From the NCBI RefSeq assembly GCF_018977255.1, contig NW_024704743.1:94242001-94306000 (forward strand): 64,000 nt of DNA, written 5' to 3'. The stretch comes from Callorhinchus milii (Eukaryota). Within the stretch, counting starts at the first letter, position 1; each line of letters opens with the position of its first letter. Below the pieces are notes generated by a model. The model made no database searches. It was not told where the DNA came from and worked only from the letters and a program-made list of their open reading frames with translations. Of this stretch, positions 13,133 to 25,544 are shown piece by piece. The translations under genes were made by a program, and so were the position numbers.

Positions 13133-13849
13133 CTGGACACACAACGAGGTGTGTCCTGAGCTACAAGACTTAAATATAGATGCATTTAAGAGGAAGCTAG
13201 ACTTTTACACAAGAGAGAAGGGAATAGAAGGATATGGGTATGCAGTAAGAAGTAGATGGAGACTCATGGCAGGTATAAATGCCAACATGGGCTAAACGGT
13301 CTGTTTCTATACTGTGCATTCTATGTAAATATGTAAAAAGAGTTGAAAAATAACAAATGAGGCTCTATTCAGATAGATGTATGGCAATGTGTTGTATATA
13401 GGAAGTAAAAATAGGAGGTACACGTGCTCCATGGATGGGACAGAATTTGCCAAGGAGGAAGCTGAAAGAGATCTAGGAGTGTAAGTTGACAGTGTGAGCA
13501 GCAATAAATAAGGGAAACAAAATGCTGGGCTTTGTTACCAAGTCAGTTGAGTTCAGTGACCAGAAGTCATACTCAAGCTGTATAGTGTTCTGTTCAGGCC
13601 GCACCTGGAGCATTGCATACATTTCTGGTCACAATGACACAAGGGAGCTACCCAGAAACAGTGAAGCGGAGAGCAACGAGGTGTGTTAGACTTCCAGGGG
13701 TTCTCAAACTTTTTGATAGTGAGATTTCCTAAGCCAAGAAAAAAAACAATTACATCTCCCACAGCTCACCAAAACACAAAGAACCCCAAAATCCCATACT
13801 CGGCAAGAATATGAGCAATTACATCATTTCCCAAATGAAGCCCACCAGC

Positions 13850-14700
13850 TGCTCCCTTGACCCCATCCCTACCACTCTACTTACCTTCCAACTCCACTTC
13901 TTTGACCCCGCTATTAACAGACACTATCTATTGGCATTGTTCCCACCCCCATAAAAACAGTAGTGATCAACCCCATCCACAAAAAAACCTTACCTTGACA
14001 CATCTCTCTTCTCAAATTACTGACCTATCTCCAACCTTCCCTTTCTTTCCAAGGTCCTGGAACGAGTCAACGCTTCCCAGCTTTGCTCCTTTCTCTGCCA
14101 CCACTCCCTGTTTAAACCTCTCCAATCTGGTTTATATCTTGCCCAAAGTAGATACAGTCTTAATCAAAGAGACAGAATGTCATTTGTAAATTTGTGACCA
14201 GGACTCTCTGTCTCCACATACTTCTTGATCTCTCCACTGCTTTTGACATTGTTGACCATCTTTGCCCGGCTTCACTGGCTTGCCATAATCTAGAGGACGG
14301 AGTTCAAGATCTTTGTCCTCACCTTAAAGCCCTCCACGGTCCTCCCTACCCTGCGATCTATTAAAAGCTCACGAACCTGTCTGGTCTGTAGGCAATGGCC
14401 TGCTCCATGTCCCCTGCCCTGCCTGTTCCACTCTCGGTGGTCGGGCTTTCAGGCTTTCTGCCTCCACGCTTTGGAACTCCATTCCAGAGCCCATCCGCCT
14501 CCTCGCTTGCCTCCTTCAAGATCAGTCGCAGGACCTTCCTTTTCGACTGTGCCTTCGGTCATCTTCTCTCCTCCACCCACTTTGCCCTCCACCCTTCTCT
14601 GCTCCCATCCCACAGCTTGGGTGCAAACCCTTCACTGTTCAGCGCCTTGGGACATCCTCCTGAGGTGAAAAGTGCTATATAAATGCAATTTGTTTTTGGT
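13850..14700 (+). mobile_element. Decayed L2 fragments with 3' tail
   Basis: LLDLSTAFDIVDH-like sequence and cagcgccttgggacatcctcc...gctatataaatgcaatttg tail. Shorter L2 ends at about 4700-5010, 9400-9690, 25745-25900, 31530-31790, 34240-34400, 35120-35290, 43580-43910 and 48040-48225. Confidence 0.78.
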
Positions 14701-15857
14701 GTTACTACCAATTGTTTCAATTTCAATTAGCTTTGCCTTATTTAGTAGCCATTTATGTTTCACACCTTCAAATCTGTTAAAGCAACCACCTGATGTCAAC
14801 AACCACCCTGGAACAGTTCTGACTGATTTTCCATGAGAAACCACCTCTATTCCGCTGTCTTAACTATTTTAACTTTTCTAACTCAACCAGTGACCACTCT
14901 TTTTTAGCCCTGTAGATGTATAGACACCCTTTTCAGCAGTCTACAAGAATTTCAGTGTACTCCCCGATAATGCATTACCAATATTGATAGGCACAAACAT
15001 AGATTCCTATTAGACTCCTATCACACCTATCAATGTTGCACTGAGCAGCCCTCATGAAGCCAACACTGAGGTGGCACTGATAAATGCACTTGTAGCCTAG
15101 TGGAGTCTATTAGTGAAATTGTTTTAAAAAATGTGGTCAATGAACCAACAAATCCTTACTCAGAGGCCACCCTGACACGAAGGCCACTTTGGTCCACTGC
15201 CCTGAGTGGTTGCTGGAAACAGGTTTGACTGTATTTTCTAAGGGAAATGTAATGCCATGTGTTTTCATTTAACAGAAACTTCAGCTACCTCACTATCTTG
15301 GTGACTAACTTTCAAATAATCTTACTTGCAGGTACACATTACATGAAGCAACACTCAAGAAGGAACATTTCATTTCTGTAACACAATCTCTGAGTTCTGA
15401 TGACATATATAGCCACATACCTCTTGTACTTTGGAAACCAGAGATTGTGATAAACTCATATAAACACACACCCAATAAATATTTATTTCATTTGTACAAA
15501 TAAAATATCCCCTTCATATGGGAAGACATATTTCATGATTTATGACCTGGGCCAATAGAAAAGTGGGAAAATATTTACCCCAAATTGAGGGGGTTTACAA
15601 ATTTTGTGGGAAAATGCAGGGGTGTCTGATCCATTTTGCATAAAATTGCAGTGCGTTGATTGGTGCTATTGAGGTACATTTTACTGCTACATTTTTTCAC
15701 TTTATTGAAAACAACTAAACATAAGGAAATAACACATATTAGATTGTTGCAAAAAAATATTAATTGCTTCTTTAACAAAAGTTGGGTGGTCATTTTTTGG
15801 GGGGCAACACACCAACTGGAGCTCACCAACTCCTGCTTCAGGGCTGGCACCACAGGC

Positions 15858-16010
15858 AGACACAGAGACCTAGAGAGAGAGACACACACACACACAGACC
15901 CAGAGAGAGACACACACATACAGAGAGAGACCCAGAGAGAGAAAGACACACAGACACTCATAAACACACACATATAGAAGAGCCACAGACAGACTCACAC
16001 ACTCACAGGG
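15858..16010. repeat. (CA)/(GA) compound microsatellite
   Basis: Directly visible. Confidence 0.9.
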
Positions 16011-17656
16011 ACAATCACAACAAGCGGCTGGTGTAGCCCATTTGCCGCTTGCGCCACTCTGCCCACAGTGACGTCAGGTAAACAGGGCGAGCGGCCCGCG
16101 GGCCACAACCTACATTTATCACAGGTTTGTAGCGGGCTGGGGCGTTGTCGCGGAAAATGCGGAGAAAGTGCGGCCGCACTTTTCTATCGGCCCAGTTTAT
16201 GACTGCTAGAATCCAGAATATTTCCACCTTCTCCCAGATTCATTTTTAAGCAACAAAGTAGGATTTAGCATTATCAGCAATGCTAAAGTGGATATAAAAC
16301 ATGCTGAAAACAAAACTGGTCCGGACAAGTTTGCATTAAAATATGGGGCCTCTCTAATATTTTGATCATTTGTTTTATTAGTATTTTTTCATAACACAGG
16401 CATCTTACAAAGAATGGAAATTTTTGTTTCACAAAAGTCAACTTAGATGAATATATCACCATGCTACACCCTAATGCAATACAGATAGGAATTACAGGTT
16501 GACAAGGCATCAGATAATAATCAGACATTTCTTGGTTATAGACCTAAACTGTGATTGAAAGGGAGGGTATATGGGATAACAGAACCAACAAGAGTGTCAC
16601 GAAGACAGGACTCATGAGTGGAGTTGGGAGCGGAAGGCAAAGAAAGAACAGTTCTCAATTAGCATCCACTTGATGTTCTAAAGTATTTGTACATTGTCCA
16701 CTCTTATCATTGTCCCACACCACTACTACTCTTGCCCCTGCATAGCTGATTAAAACGTCCTTGATTATGTATCCTCTTACAAATAAGAACAGCAGCACAA
16801 GTGAGGGTCTTCCAAAAAAAACTTCATCTCACTTGTGATGGCTGTAAGAGTGCATGATGGGTGTGACCAGCTTCACTGAGCCATCACAAACATACCGGCA
16901 TGATTCAACCAGGGAGTCAGATTTGCAGAAGTTCTGTAATATGATGAGTGATGACAATACGATCAAATGATTCAGCACCAATATCACCTCCATCACATCA
17001 CTAATAATATAGGAGCTTCAGCAGTACCAAATTCAGTGCAACAGCAGCATTATACATCCATGCAAAGGGTGCAAAACCTCTCTTGCTGAAGATTGTAGCA
17101 TTATATGTGCGCACTTTTAAATTAGACTCTAAAAGAAATTACACCCCACAATGAAGTTCTCATCGGGTGATGGCGATGTGGGGGGGGGGGGGGGGGGGCG
17201 GAGAGGGACACTCTTACTGTCATGTGAACCAAAGTGATGCTTTGGTAGTGTTTCGTATTTGTTTGACTTAGTCTCAGATCAGAAAAAGTTAATAATGCAG
17301 AAAGTGCGTATTTGTTTTTTTGTGTTCTTTTTAAATTTAGATTTTTGTTCTGGGCTCCAGTGACAGTCCTGAAGAAGTCACATGACTTCGTAGACTGATG
17401 CAATGCATTTGGAGTCAATGGAGAGAAGCAGAATCTAACATTTTAGATTTTTGTGTTTCATGCACTGAGATCGTACACTGTTCAAAATATTTTAAAAATG
17501 TGGATGGATTGCTGTGTCTTATCCACAAATATTATCTGAAGGTATTGTTAAACTAAATTATGGCCTTATGGAGTATTACGCATTTTAGTTTAAGATTGAG
17601 GAAGGCAACACAACAAATCAAGATTCATATGTTGGAAGAGTCACTGGAGAAAGTAT

Positions 17657-17975
17657 TAATAATAATAACCCTCGCATTTGATATAGCGCTTTTCACGTCG
17701 GGAGGACGTCCCAAAGCGCTTTACAGAACACACTGTGAAGTGAACTGACTGTATATTTGTGGGCGAACGCGGCAGCCAATTGCGCACAGCAATGTCCCAC
17801 AAACAGTCGTAGATTGAAAATGACCAATTTATTATTGTTTTTGGTTTTGGAAGGATTATTATTAGGCTCTGTGTGGAGTAAGGAAACTTGCCAAAGGTTT
17901 CGCCCTCTGCCTGGAATTGAACTCAGGTCTCTCACTTGCAAAGCGAGTGCTCTAACCACTGAACTACAGGACTCC
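17657..17975 (-). mobile_element. Young full-length tRNA-derived SINE, subfamily A
   Basis: Reverse complement of the 49460 element with few differences. Confidence 0.9.
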
Positions 17976-19097
17976 ACAATGAGAGCGAGTGGGTGAGAAA
18001 GAGAGGACGAGAGCGTGAGAGATGGTGTGCATGTGTCATTAACAGGTCATTATAGATAACAGATTTTGGTCAAGTCAGTTATGTGAAGTTGAGCTAACCT
18101 CGATGATCAACATTTTGTTTGCGGGCATTTTTAAAAAAAAGTAGACCATTGGAATAACGCCTTTGGTTAAAAAAGGTCTATTTGTCCACTCATTCTACAC
18201 AGGACTAAATTTTGTGTCCAAACATTTTAAAAAAAACTCAGCTATTTAATTATGCAAACGTGATATGTTTACTCTTGAGAATCTGCACAATTTTCTACTA
18301 CATGCAAAATTACAAGGCAGATAAGAGTTATAATTAGTTTGGGGATTTAAAAAAAATGTTTTCAACTTCATTGGCTAAATTGTTTTTTTTTAAAAAGCTG
18401 GATGTCATTTGAAATTTCTGCAAATGTATGGATCACTGAAAGTGGTACAATTTTGAAATCAAGTATTCCATAAACTGCAAAATATTTTCTCAAAACTGTT
18501 TCCAATACTGCTTATTAGAAACAGTACCTATTTTGTAAAACAGAAAACTGTACCTGTTTTAGACTCCTTTCACTCACAAACACTTTAGAACAGTCCCTTT
18601 TTGTCATGAATGGTCAGTTGCTAATTATGCACACTAATTCCACACAAAAAAAATTGGTATTAAGACAATGATTTTTCATTTAGTTCCATATCAAGTGATA
18701 TTTTTCAGATGAACAGAAGTCAGCTGCAAGTTTTCATGGATTAATTCCAATTGTAGTTTCCAGCACTAAAACTTAATCCTTAAACTAAAGAATCCAGTAC
18801 TGTACAAGATATTTATAATGAAAAGTACTAAAATACTTAAAAGGACAATAAAATCTCAATGTATCTTTGATCTTTACCATTGCCCAAACATTAAACATGT
18901 AAGCAATTAAGCTAGTTTCAGGAGTTCTAGTTTTTAAATAAATTATGACATGAATAAAATATGATGTTGTTTTGTTTATTACAAACAAATCTGGAAAAGA
19001 CAAAGGCGACGTAGCACATATAATATTGAGGAGCTGGGTGGTAAGATGGACTAACAGTATTTTGAACATCACACAGGCGAGGTTTGAATGAAATCCG

Positions 19098-20666
19098 AAT
19101 CATAGAATTATACAGCACAGGAGGCCATCTGGCCCATCATGTCTGTGCCGCTTGTTTGAAAATCAATCCCACTCCCCCACTCTCTCCCCATAGCCCTGCA
19201 AACTTGTACTCCCTAAATAATTATCTACTTCTCTCTTAAAAGTTGTTATCGAATCAGCTTCCACCACCCTTTCAGTTTCTCCTTGTTCACCCTATTGAAT
19301 CCCCTCATAATTTTGAAAACTCCTATTAAGTCTCCTCTTAACCTTCTCTGCTCCAAGGAGAATAACCCTCGCTTCTCCAGCCTCTCCTGGTAACTGAAGT
19401 CCCTCAGTCCTGGTACCATCCTGGTAAATCTCCTTTGCACCCTCTCCAATGCCTTGACATCCTTCCTGAAGTGTGGTGCCCAGAACTGAACACAGTCTCC
19501 AGCTGAGGCCTAACCAGTGTTTTATAAAGGTTCATCATAACCTCCTGACATTTGTATTCTATGCCCCTATTTATAAAGCCTAGTATCCCGTATGCTTTTT
19601 AACAGCTTTATCTATCTGTCCTGCCACCTTCAAAGATTTACTTATATGAACCCCCAGGTCCCTTTGTTCCTTCACCCCCTTTAAGATTGTACCATCAGCT
19701 TATATTGCCTTTCCTCATTCTTCCTCCCAAAATGCATCGCTTCGCATTTCTCCACATTAAACTTCATCTGCCACATGTCTGTCCATTTTACCAGTCTGTC
19801 TATGTCCTCTTTCAGTCTGCTATTATCCTCCTCACCGTTTACTACTTTTCCGAGCTTAGTATCATCTGCAAACTTGGAAATTGTACTCCCTACACCCAAG
19901 TCCAGGTCATTTATATAGATCAAAAACAGCAGTGGTCCCAACACCGATCCCTGGGGGACACCACTGCACACTTCACTCCAGTCAGAAGAACAACTGTTCA
20001 CCACTCTCTGCTTTCTGACTCCCAGCCAGTTCTCTCCATGCTGCCACTGTCCTTTAATACTGTGGGTTTCTATTTTGCTTACAAGTCTCTTATGTGGCAC
20101 GTTATCAAACACCTTTTGAAGATCCATATAAACTACATCAACTGCACTACCTTCATCCACCCTCTCCATTACTTCATCAAAAAACTCTTTTTGATCTGGT
20201 TTGTTAGACACGACTTGCATTTAACAAATCCGTGTTGGCTGTCCTTTATTAACCCATATTTTTCTAAGTGAAAATTTATTTTGTACTGGATTAGTCTCAA
20301 GAAGTTTCCCCACTACTGATGTTAGGCTAACTGGCCTGTAGTTCCCAGCTTTATCCTTCTGCCCCTTTTTGTACATGGGAGTAACATTTGCATCCCTCCA
20401 GTCCTCTGGCACCATACCAGTGTACAAGGAGGATTGAAAGATTGTGGCCAGAGCCTCCGCTATTTCCACCCTTACTTCCCTCAGTAATCTAGGATATCTT
20501 CTGTCCAGACTGGATGACTTATCTACCTTGAGCACCGTCAACCTTTTTAGCACCTCCTCTGTTTATTCTTATCCTATCCAATTTTTCTACCTTCTCTTCC
20601 GATACTGTGGCATTGGCTGCATCCTCTTCTTTTGTAAAGATAGATGCAAAGTACTCATTCAGTACT
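19098..20666 (-). mobile_element. CR1 LINE 3' fragment (decayed RT)
   Basis: Motifs [52 protein letters not shown]1 tail; frameshifted. Confidence 0.92.
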
Positions 20667-21809
20667 GATGTGATCACATCCTTTCAGTATAGCAACCCTA
20701 TTAACACTGGTATCAAAAGCTATTCAGCTCCAAAGACACGATCTCTTCAAACTTAGCGAATTAGAACAGGGACCTTGCATCAGGATGGTTTGGTGATACC
20801 TTGTTATAAGGCGTGAAAAGGGTTAAAAGTGAGTGTCTCTAATACCATAATTCAACACAAAATACTAACCATCTTCCAACCTTGCAGGAAACCATAGTTC
20901 TTTATACTGTTCGACCCCATTGTCCACTGAACCTTCAGGTCCTCATTTAGAGAACGCTCAAATCTCTGATCTGTACCCATAAACTGAACACAAAATCAGG
21001 CTTAAGTAGATGGATTGTTATCAGATGGTCCAATCATCATCCAATCAATCCTTAACTAGACTGATCCAATCAATTCCACAAACTTCACTTTTAATCATTT
21101 TCACTCCTTGCACAGAATGTAACACCTGATAACCTTGTTATTTAAATAAATTCTCCTCAGAATCTTTCTTCCCTTTGTCATTTACCATTTTCGCTTGATG
21201 CAGTTGACCTACTTGAAGGCTTCAACCAATGCTGATTGAGTCAATAGGAGGTGTGCTAAAACTCATCTAATTTTCTCTGCTCTTTGGAAACTATGCCTTA
21301 ATTCTGCTGGGATACCTTGGCTGATAGCATGGTTTGAGAATTTTCTATTTGAGGAAACACAAACATAAATATGTATCCAGCCATTCCTTGGTGCAGCTCT
21401 GGGATCATTAACCTGGTGTGCCACCAAAGCAAACTAAGACTTTGTAAACACCTAAAATGTTGCATCAATCGCTGTCAGCACAATTGGAGTAGATACTGAA
21501 CTCCCATCTCTCTCTCCCTTGATAGGCAACACAACCATAGAAGTTTGGAGCATAGAAAACTTTAAGAATCATAGGATGTCAGATGCTCATATTCTTCAGG
21601 TCATTGTGCAAACATTTAAAATTCAGGTCTGGAAAATAGTGGACCCAAATCTCCTTTATATAGTAGTCACTAAATGCACAGCAGAAAATGTTTTTTTCAA
21701 CATTATTTTCAGTATATATTCACTTCAGAGAAGGTAAGGTAAAAGATGAAGTTTTTTTTTAAAAAAAACACGCAAGTGTTATCATTAAAAAAGGTAATTT
21801 GGTTAAAAT

Positions 21810-24375
21810 ACAGATCTGAAACATCTAAAACAATTTATTTGGGAGTTACAATGGGCAAGTTTTAAAATACCGTGAATTGTGTGTCTTAGTACCAAAACAG
21901 TGCAACTAAAATACTAAACAATTCTAGACGTCTTTCAAATGGTGTCCATATTGGATTGAAATGTCCAATACATTACCTAAATTAATCCAATGAAACCGCA
22001 CGTAAATTTGAATATACAAAAATATATCAGTGACATGTCTTTTTTTCCATTGAACAGCACCAACTTGCTTTCTGCAATTCCTTTCACAGAAAAGAAAATG
22101 TTTTACAAAAAGAGATTAACTGGAAATTAAGTGAATGTTATGCAGGCAAAATGGCACCTACATTGTACCAGCAATATCTAATAAGTTATACTAAATGTAA
22201 TGTTTTAGGAATCTGAACAATGGCTCCTGACTACTGTGCAAACTGTCCTTCCAAACTTACTGGTGAATGAATTACATTCGTTTTTTTTAGCAAATTACGA
22301 TTTGACGGTAGCTGGAGAACATAATTTACAACAGAATCATTTACATCACAAACGCAAAACTTTCAAAGTAATAATTCAATATGATGCAGCAATCCGTACC
22401 AAATACCCGACACAGATGTCAGTCTATTACAACATGTACAGGGTGACCAAAAAGTCATGATAACTAACCTATTGTCAAAAAAATCATAATTTGTTTAAGA
22501 CTTATTAGACATTGTAATGGTATCACACATTTTTGGTCACTCTGTATATTGCCCAGGCTGGAATTTTTTTTTTTAAAAAAGGGAGGAGATTAGACGGGAC
22601 GAAGAGGTGTAGATTGAACAAGCATTACCTGCTGATAAGTCCATGACTTGGGAATGTCACTAAAATCAAACTTGTCTTTTTGAAGATAATTCTTACGTAA
22701 GATCCATATTTACTTCCATGGACTTACTGATTGCCACGTGTTGACTGACTCACTGCAAGTCAGGCATGATTGTCACAGAAAATACATCTCCTATTTCCCA
22801 TCCTTCCTTGAATTAACCAGCCTAAAACATGTAAATCCTGCTCCAAGGGATTATTTAGATCATTTAAATCTCAACAAAACTGTGTACCTTAGTGGAAAAA
22901 AAACCTGAGAAGTGAAGGTAATTGACCACATTGTATAGTTTAGCGCAATACCTAATTCTGTAACTGTGATAAAAAGCCAAAAGCAGAATAGAATACAATT
23001 AAAATGTTAAAAGAAATGTGGTGACATTTCATTGACTATTACTGCTTACTTTTTTAAAATTATAAAGGATGCATCTTGAGGATGAGAAGAAATAAACAAG
23101 AGGAAGAACAAACATGAAAACAAACTCATGGTGAAAGCTTACATATATTTTCTTACACATCTCTGTATTAAATTCAGACAAAACAGGAGTACAAGATGCA
23201 CATATAGAACAAGTTTTACTACGAATGGCTGTTAGAAACAATTCCTCTTCCACAACCAATAGAGCACCCCTTGTTGTTTTCTTCGACATGCAAAATATTT
23301 TTTTTTAATGCTCTTCCATTTTTCTCTCCCTCCCAATCATTCAACACCATCCTCTTCAAACAGGAAGTTCTATATTTACTTCCACTGACTTAATGATCGC
23401 AATATGTGGACAGACTCGCTGCAAGTCAGGCATGACTGGCACAGAAAAGATCTCATCTCCCATTTGCCCTCCTTGGAATTAACCAACCGAAAACGTGCAA
23501 ATCTTGCTCCAACGGAAAGCTGAAGTGCAAATGTTGGTGAAGACTGGATTTCAAATTCAGGACTTTAACTACCATGTCGCTTCTAAACAGCATGCAAAAT
23601 ATTAGCTTGGGTTCTCCTCACTGACTTTCTATCTAAATGCCAGAGCATTCCATTCAAGGTGCTCTGAATAGTTCAGTTCCCAAGTGAGTATGGCTATAAA
23701 TGTGGGCACTACATTAGAAGATTTCTTATGAAGACCTTTATACACAAACCATAACTATAAACACACAACCAATTTAATATTAAATAAGTAGAAAGATAAA
23801 ATAACTCAAAATTCACATATTTAAACAAATCTACTCTATCATGCGACAAACTGTGGATAATTTCAAAAACAAGTAAGTTACAGCTGAATAAGACTTTTTT
23901 TTTTTTTTTTTACACAGAATTAAGAATCCATTCCTTCAATTGTGTGTTCAAATATAAATAGGCTGACACCCTTTGCCAGTACAGGTATAGGGTAGAATGG
24001 AACTATAATGGGCTGTTCTCTACATAGCAGGCTTCATGGAAAATATACATGGCAATTGTGATGCTATAATACTGCATATTTGCTCACCACTTCCTTAAAT
24101 GACTTTCATAGGTGGACACTGTACTTTGAAACCAGAGTTGTCAAACATATTTGCCTAAAATATAAGCAATACTGCACAATGTTAAGTTAACCCCCAAAAA
24201 TATCACAGTTTATGTACAGAAAACAATAGCTGCAAATGCATGGTGGTAAGATAATGGATAAAGAATACAGTATTTTGCTGCTGCTGAGTATGGAAGATAA
24301 AATACTAATGTTCAAACTGAAGAAACTTGTTCCTTGAAGCCCTCAGTCAGTGAAGAAAATGCTCACATTGGCTTA
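21810..24375 (-). other. MAPRE2: Probable MAPRE2 3' UTR with poly(A) signal
   Basis: LINE/SINE-free AU-rich stretch after the stop. AATAAA on the minus strand at 21834-21839, followed by U/GU-rich sequence. The end point is inferred. Confidence 0.5.
22437..22546. mobile_element. 110-bp Tc1/mariner-type MITE
   Basis: Ends tacagggtgaccaaaaa and tttttggtcactctgta (1 mismatch) with terminal TA. Solo end at about 3652-3680. Confidence 0.7.
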
Positions 24376-24447
24376 TCAGTATTCTTCTGGTTCCTGAGTC
24401 TGTTCATCACCTTGTACATGACCTTCCTCTGGCACTACAAATCCTTC
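24376..24447 (-). CDS. MAPRE2: MAPRE2 final coding exon (acidic EEY tail)
   Basis: ctgcag|GAA; EGFVVPEEGHVQGDEQTQEPEEY then TGA. The C-terminal EEY motif is typical of EB proteins. Confidence 0.93.
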   Translation of the reverse strand, partial: EGFVVPEEGHVQGDEQTQEPEEY

Positions 24448-24532
24448 CTGCAGTTCAGAAAAAAGGTTCATTACTGAATGCACTATTTCACCATTATGTG
24501 CAAATAATTTCTTGTTTGAAAACTTTACGTAC

Positions 24533-24685
24533 GTCTGTAGCGTATAACACATCTGTGAGTCGCTGGACAAGGTCCATATTCTCCTGTCCGTGCTCTTGGC
24601 AGATGAGTTCAATTTCTCTCAGTTTCCCAAAGTAGAAGTCCCTTTCCTTCTCAACTCCTTCAAGTGCAAGTTTTAGTGAACTCAC
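24533..24685 (-). CDS. MAPRE2: MAPRE2 coding exon 6 (coiled coil / EBH domain)
   Basis: VSSLKLALEGVEKERDFYFGKLREIELICQEHGQENMDLVQRLTDVLYATD; gcag| and |gtacgt; 153 nt, phase 0-0. Confidence 0.95.
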
Positions 24686-25404
24686 CTGCCCATAGGATGG
24701 AAAAAAGAGATTTAGAGCAAAATAGACTGTATACATTTAAATTACAAGAATTATTAATCTGCAAATGGGAAAACTCATTTCACAACATTTTGATTCATGA
24801 CATTCATTTCAATGTAAGCCTGTTGGTCCAAATATTCCCTAGTTCTATAAACAGCTCGGTTTTATACACATTTAGCTCGAACACTGAGATATTACACTAA
24901 TAAAGCTATTCAACCATCAGAAGAGCTTTATCATAATATTAAATCTAATGTACAATCTTTTCTTTAAAAAAAAGGTAATCATGCTTGCCTGATTAATGCT
25001 TTCTAACTGATAGGTGTGTGATTATTATTATTACTCCAACAAAGTCAAACGGATACAAATTAAAGCATAAATAAGTGTTTGGGCAAATTAATTTCAGAAA
25101 ATAAATCCTCGCCATTTATAGAATCAATATTCAATAGGCTTCTGAGATCAAAAGTGATACAATTAATGCAAAAACATAACAAAACTGATCTACTCAAAAA
25201 TGTAGGTAAAAAGAAAGAGTAGGATTTTATCTGTAGTTTATACGGCAGACATGGGAACAGGTTATCCTTGCAATATGGGGAAAGCAAAAAACATTTCTTC
25301 ACAAACTAATTAGAATTTATTAGGATTCTACTTCTGAAAATACTCATACCAGCTTTTAACAAATAAAATTATCAGAATGCTCAGACATACTACCACTTAC
25401 ATAC

Positions 25405-25544
25405 CTGTTCATTCAACTGTGCAACATGTGTTTCTCCATCACCAGCATTTTTTGATCCTGGTGCTTTTCTAGCTTGAGCTGAAGATGGTCTCGATGGTGT
25501 TGACCCTGGTTTAGGAGATGGAGTGCTTTTTGGAGCAGCAGCAC
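25405..25544 (-). CDS. MAPRE2: MAPRE2 coding exon 5 (linker)
   Basis: GAAAPKSTPSPKPGSTPSRPSSAQARKAPGSKNAGDGETHVAQLNEQ, containing the EB2 motif KPGSTPSRPSSA; ttag| and |gtatgt; 140 nt. Confidence 0.93.

Noticed and set aside
13695..13710. hAT transposon (caggggttctcaaact TIR-like)
   Set aside because: Only one end found, with no partner TIR or TSD.
15575..16036. ORFs of 84-132 aa
   Set aside because: They are open only because of the CA/GA microsatellite.
19098..20666. Active reverse transcriptase genes (also 36, 37, 48, 51 and 62 kb)
   Set aside because: All are 5'-truncated, frameshifted CR1/L2 remnants.
22745..22770. Iron-responsive element (CAGUG loop on the minus strand)
   Set aside because: No bulged C or 5-bp upper stem in the IRE register, and the second copy reads CAGCG.
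22706..23515. Duplicated coding exon (3-periodic differences giving INQPKTCKSCS or LEQDLHV.GWLI)
   Set aside because: The periodicity spans only about 12 codons. Indels and stops break every frame checked and I found no matching splice sites.
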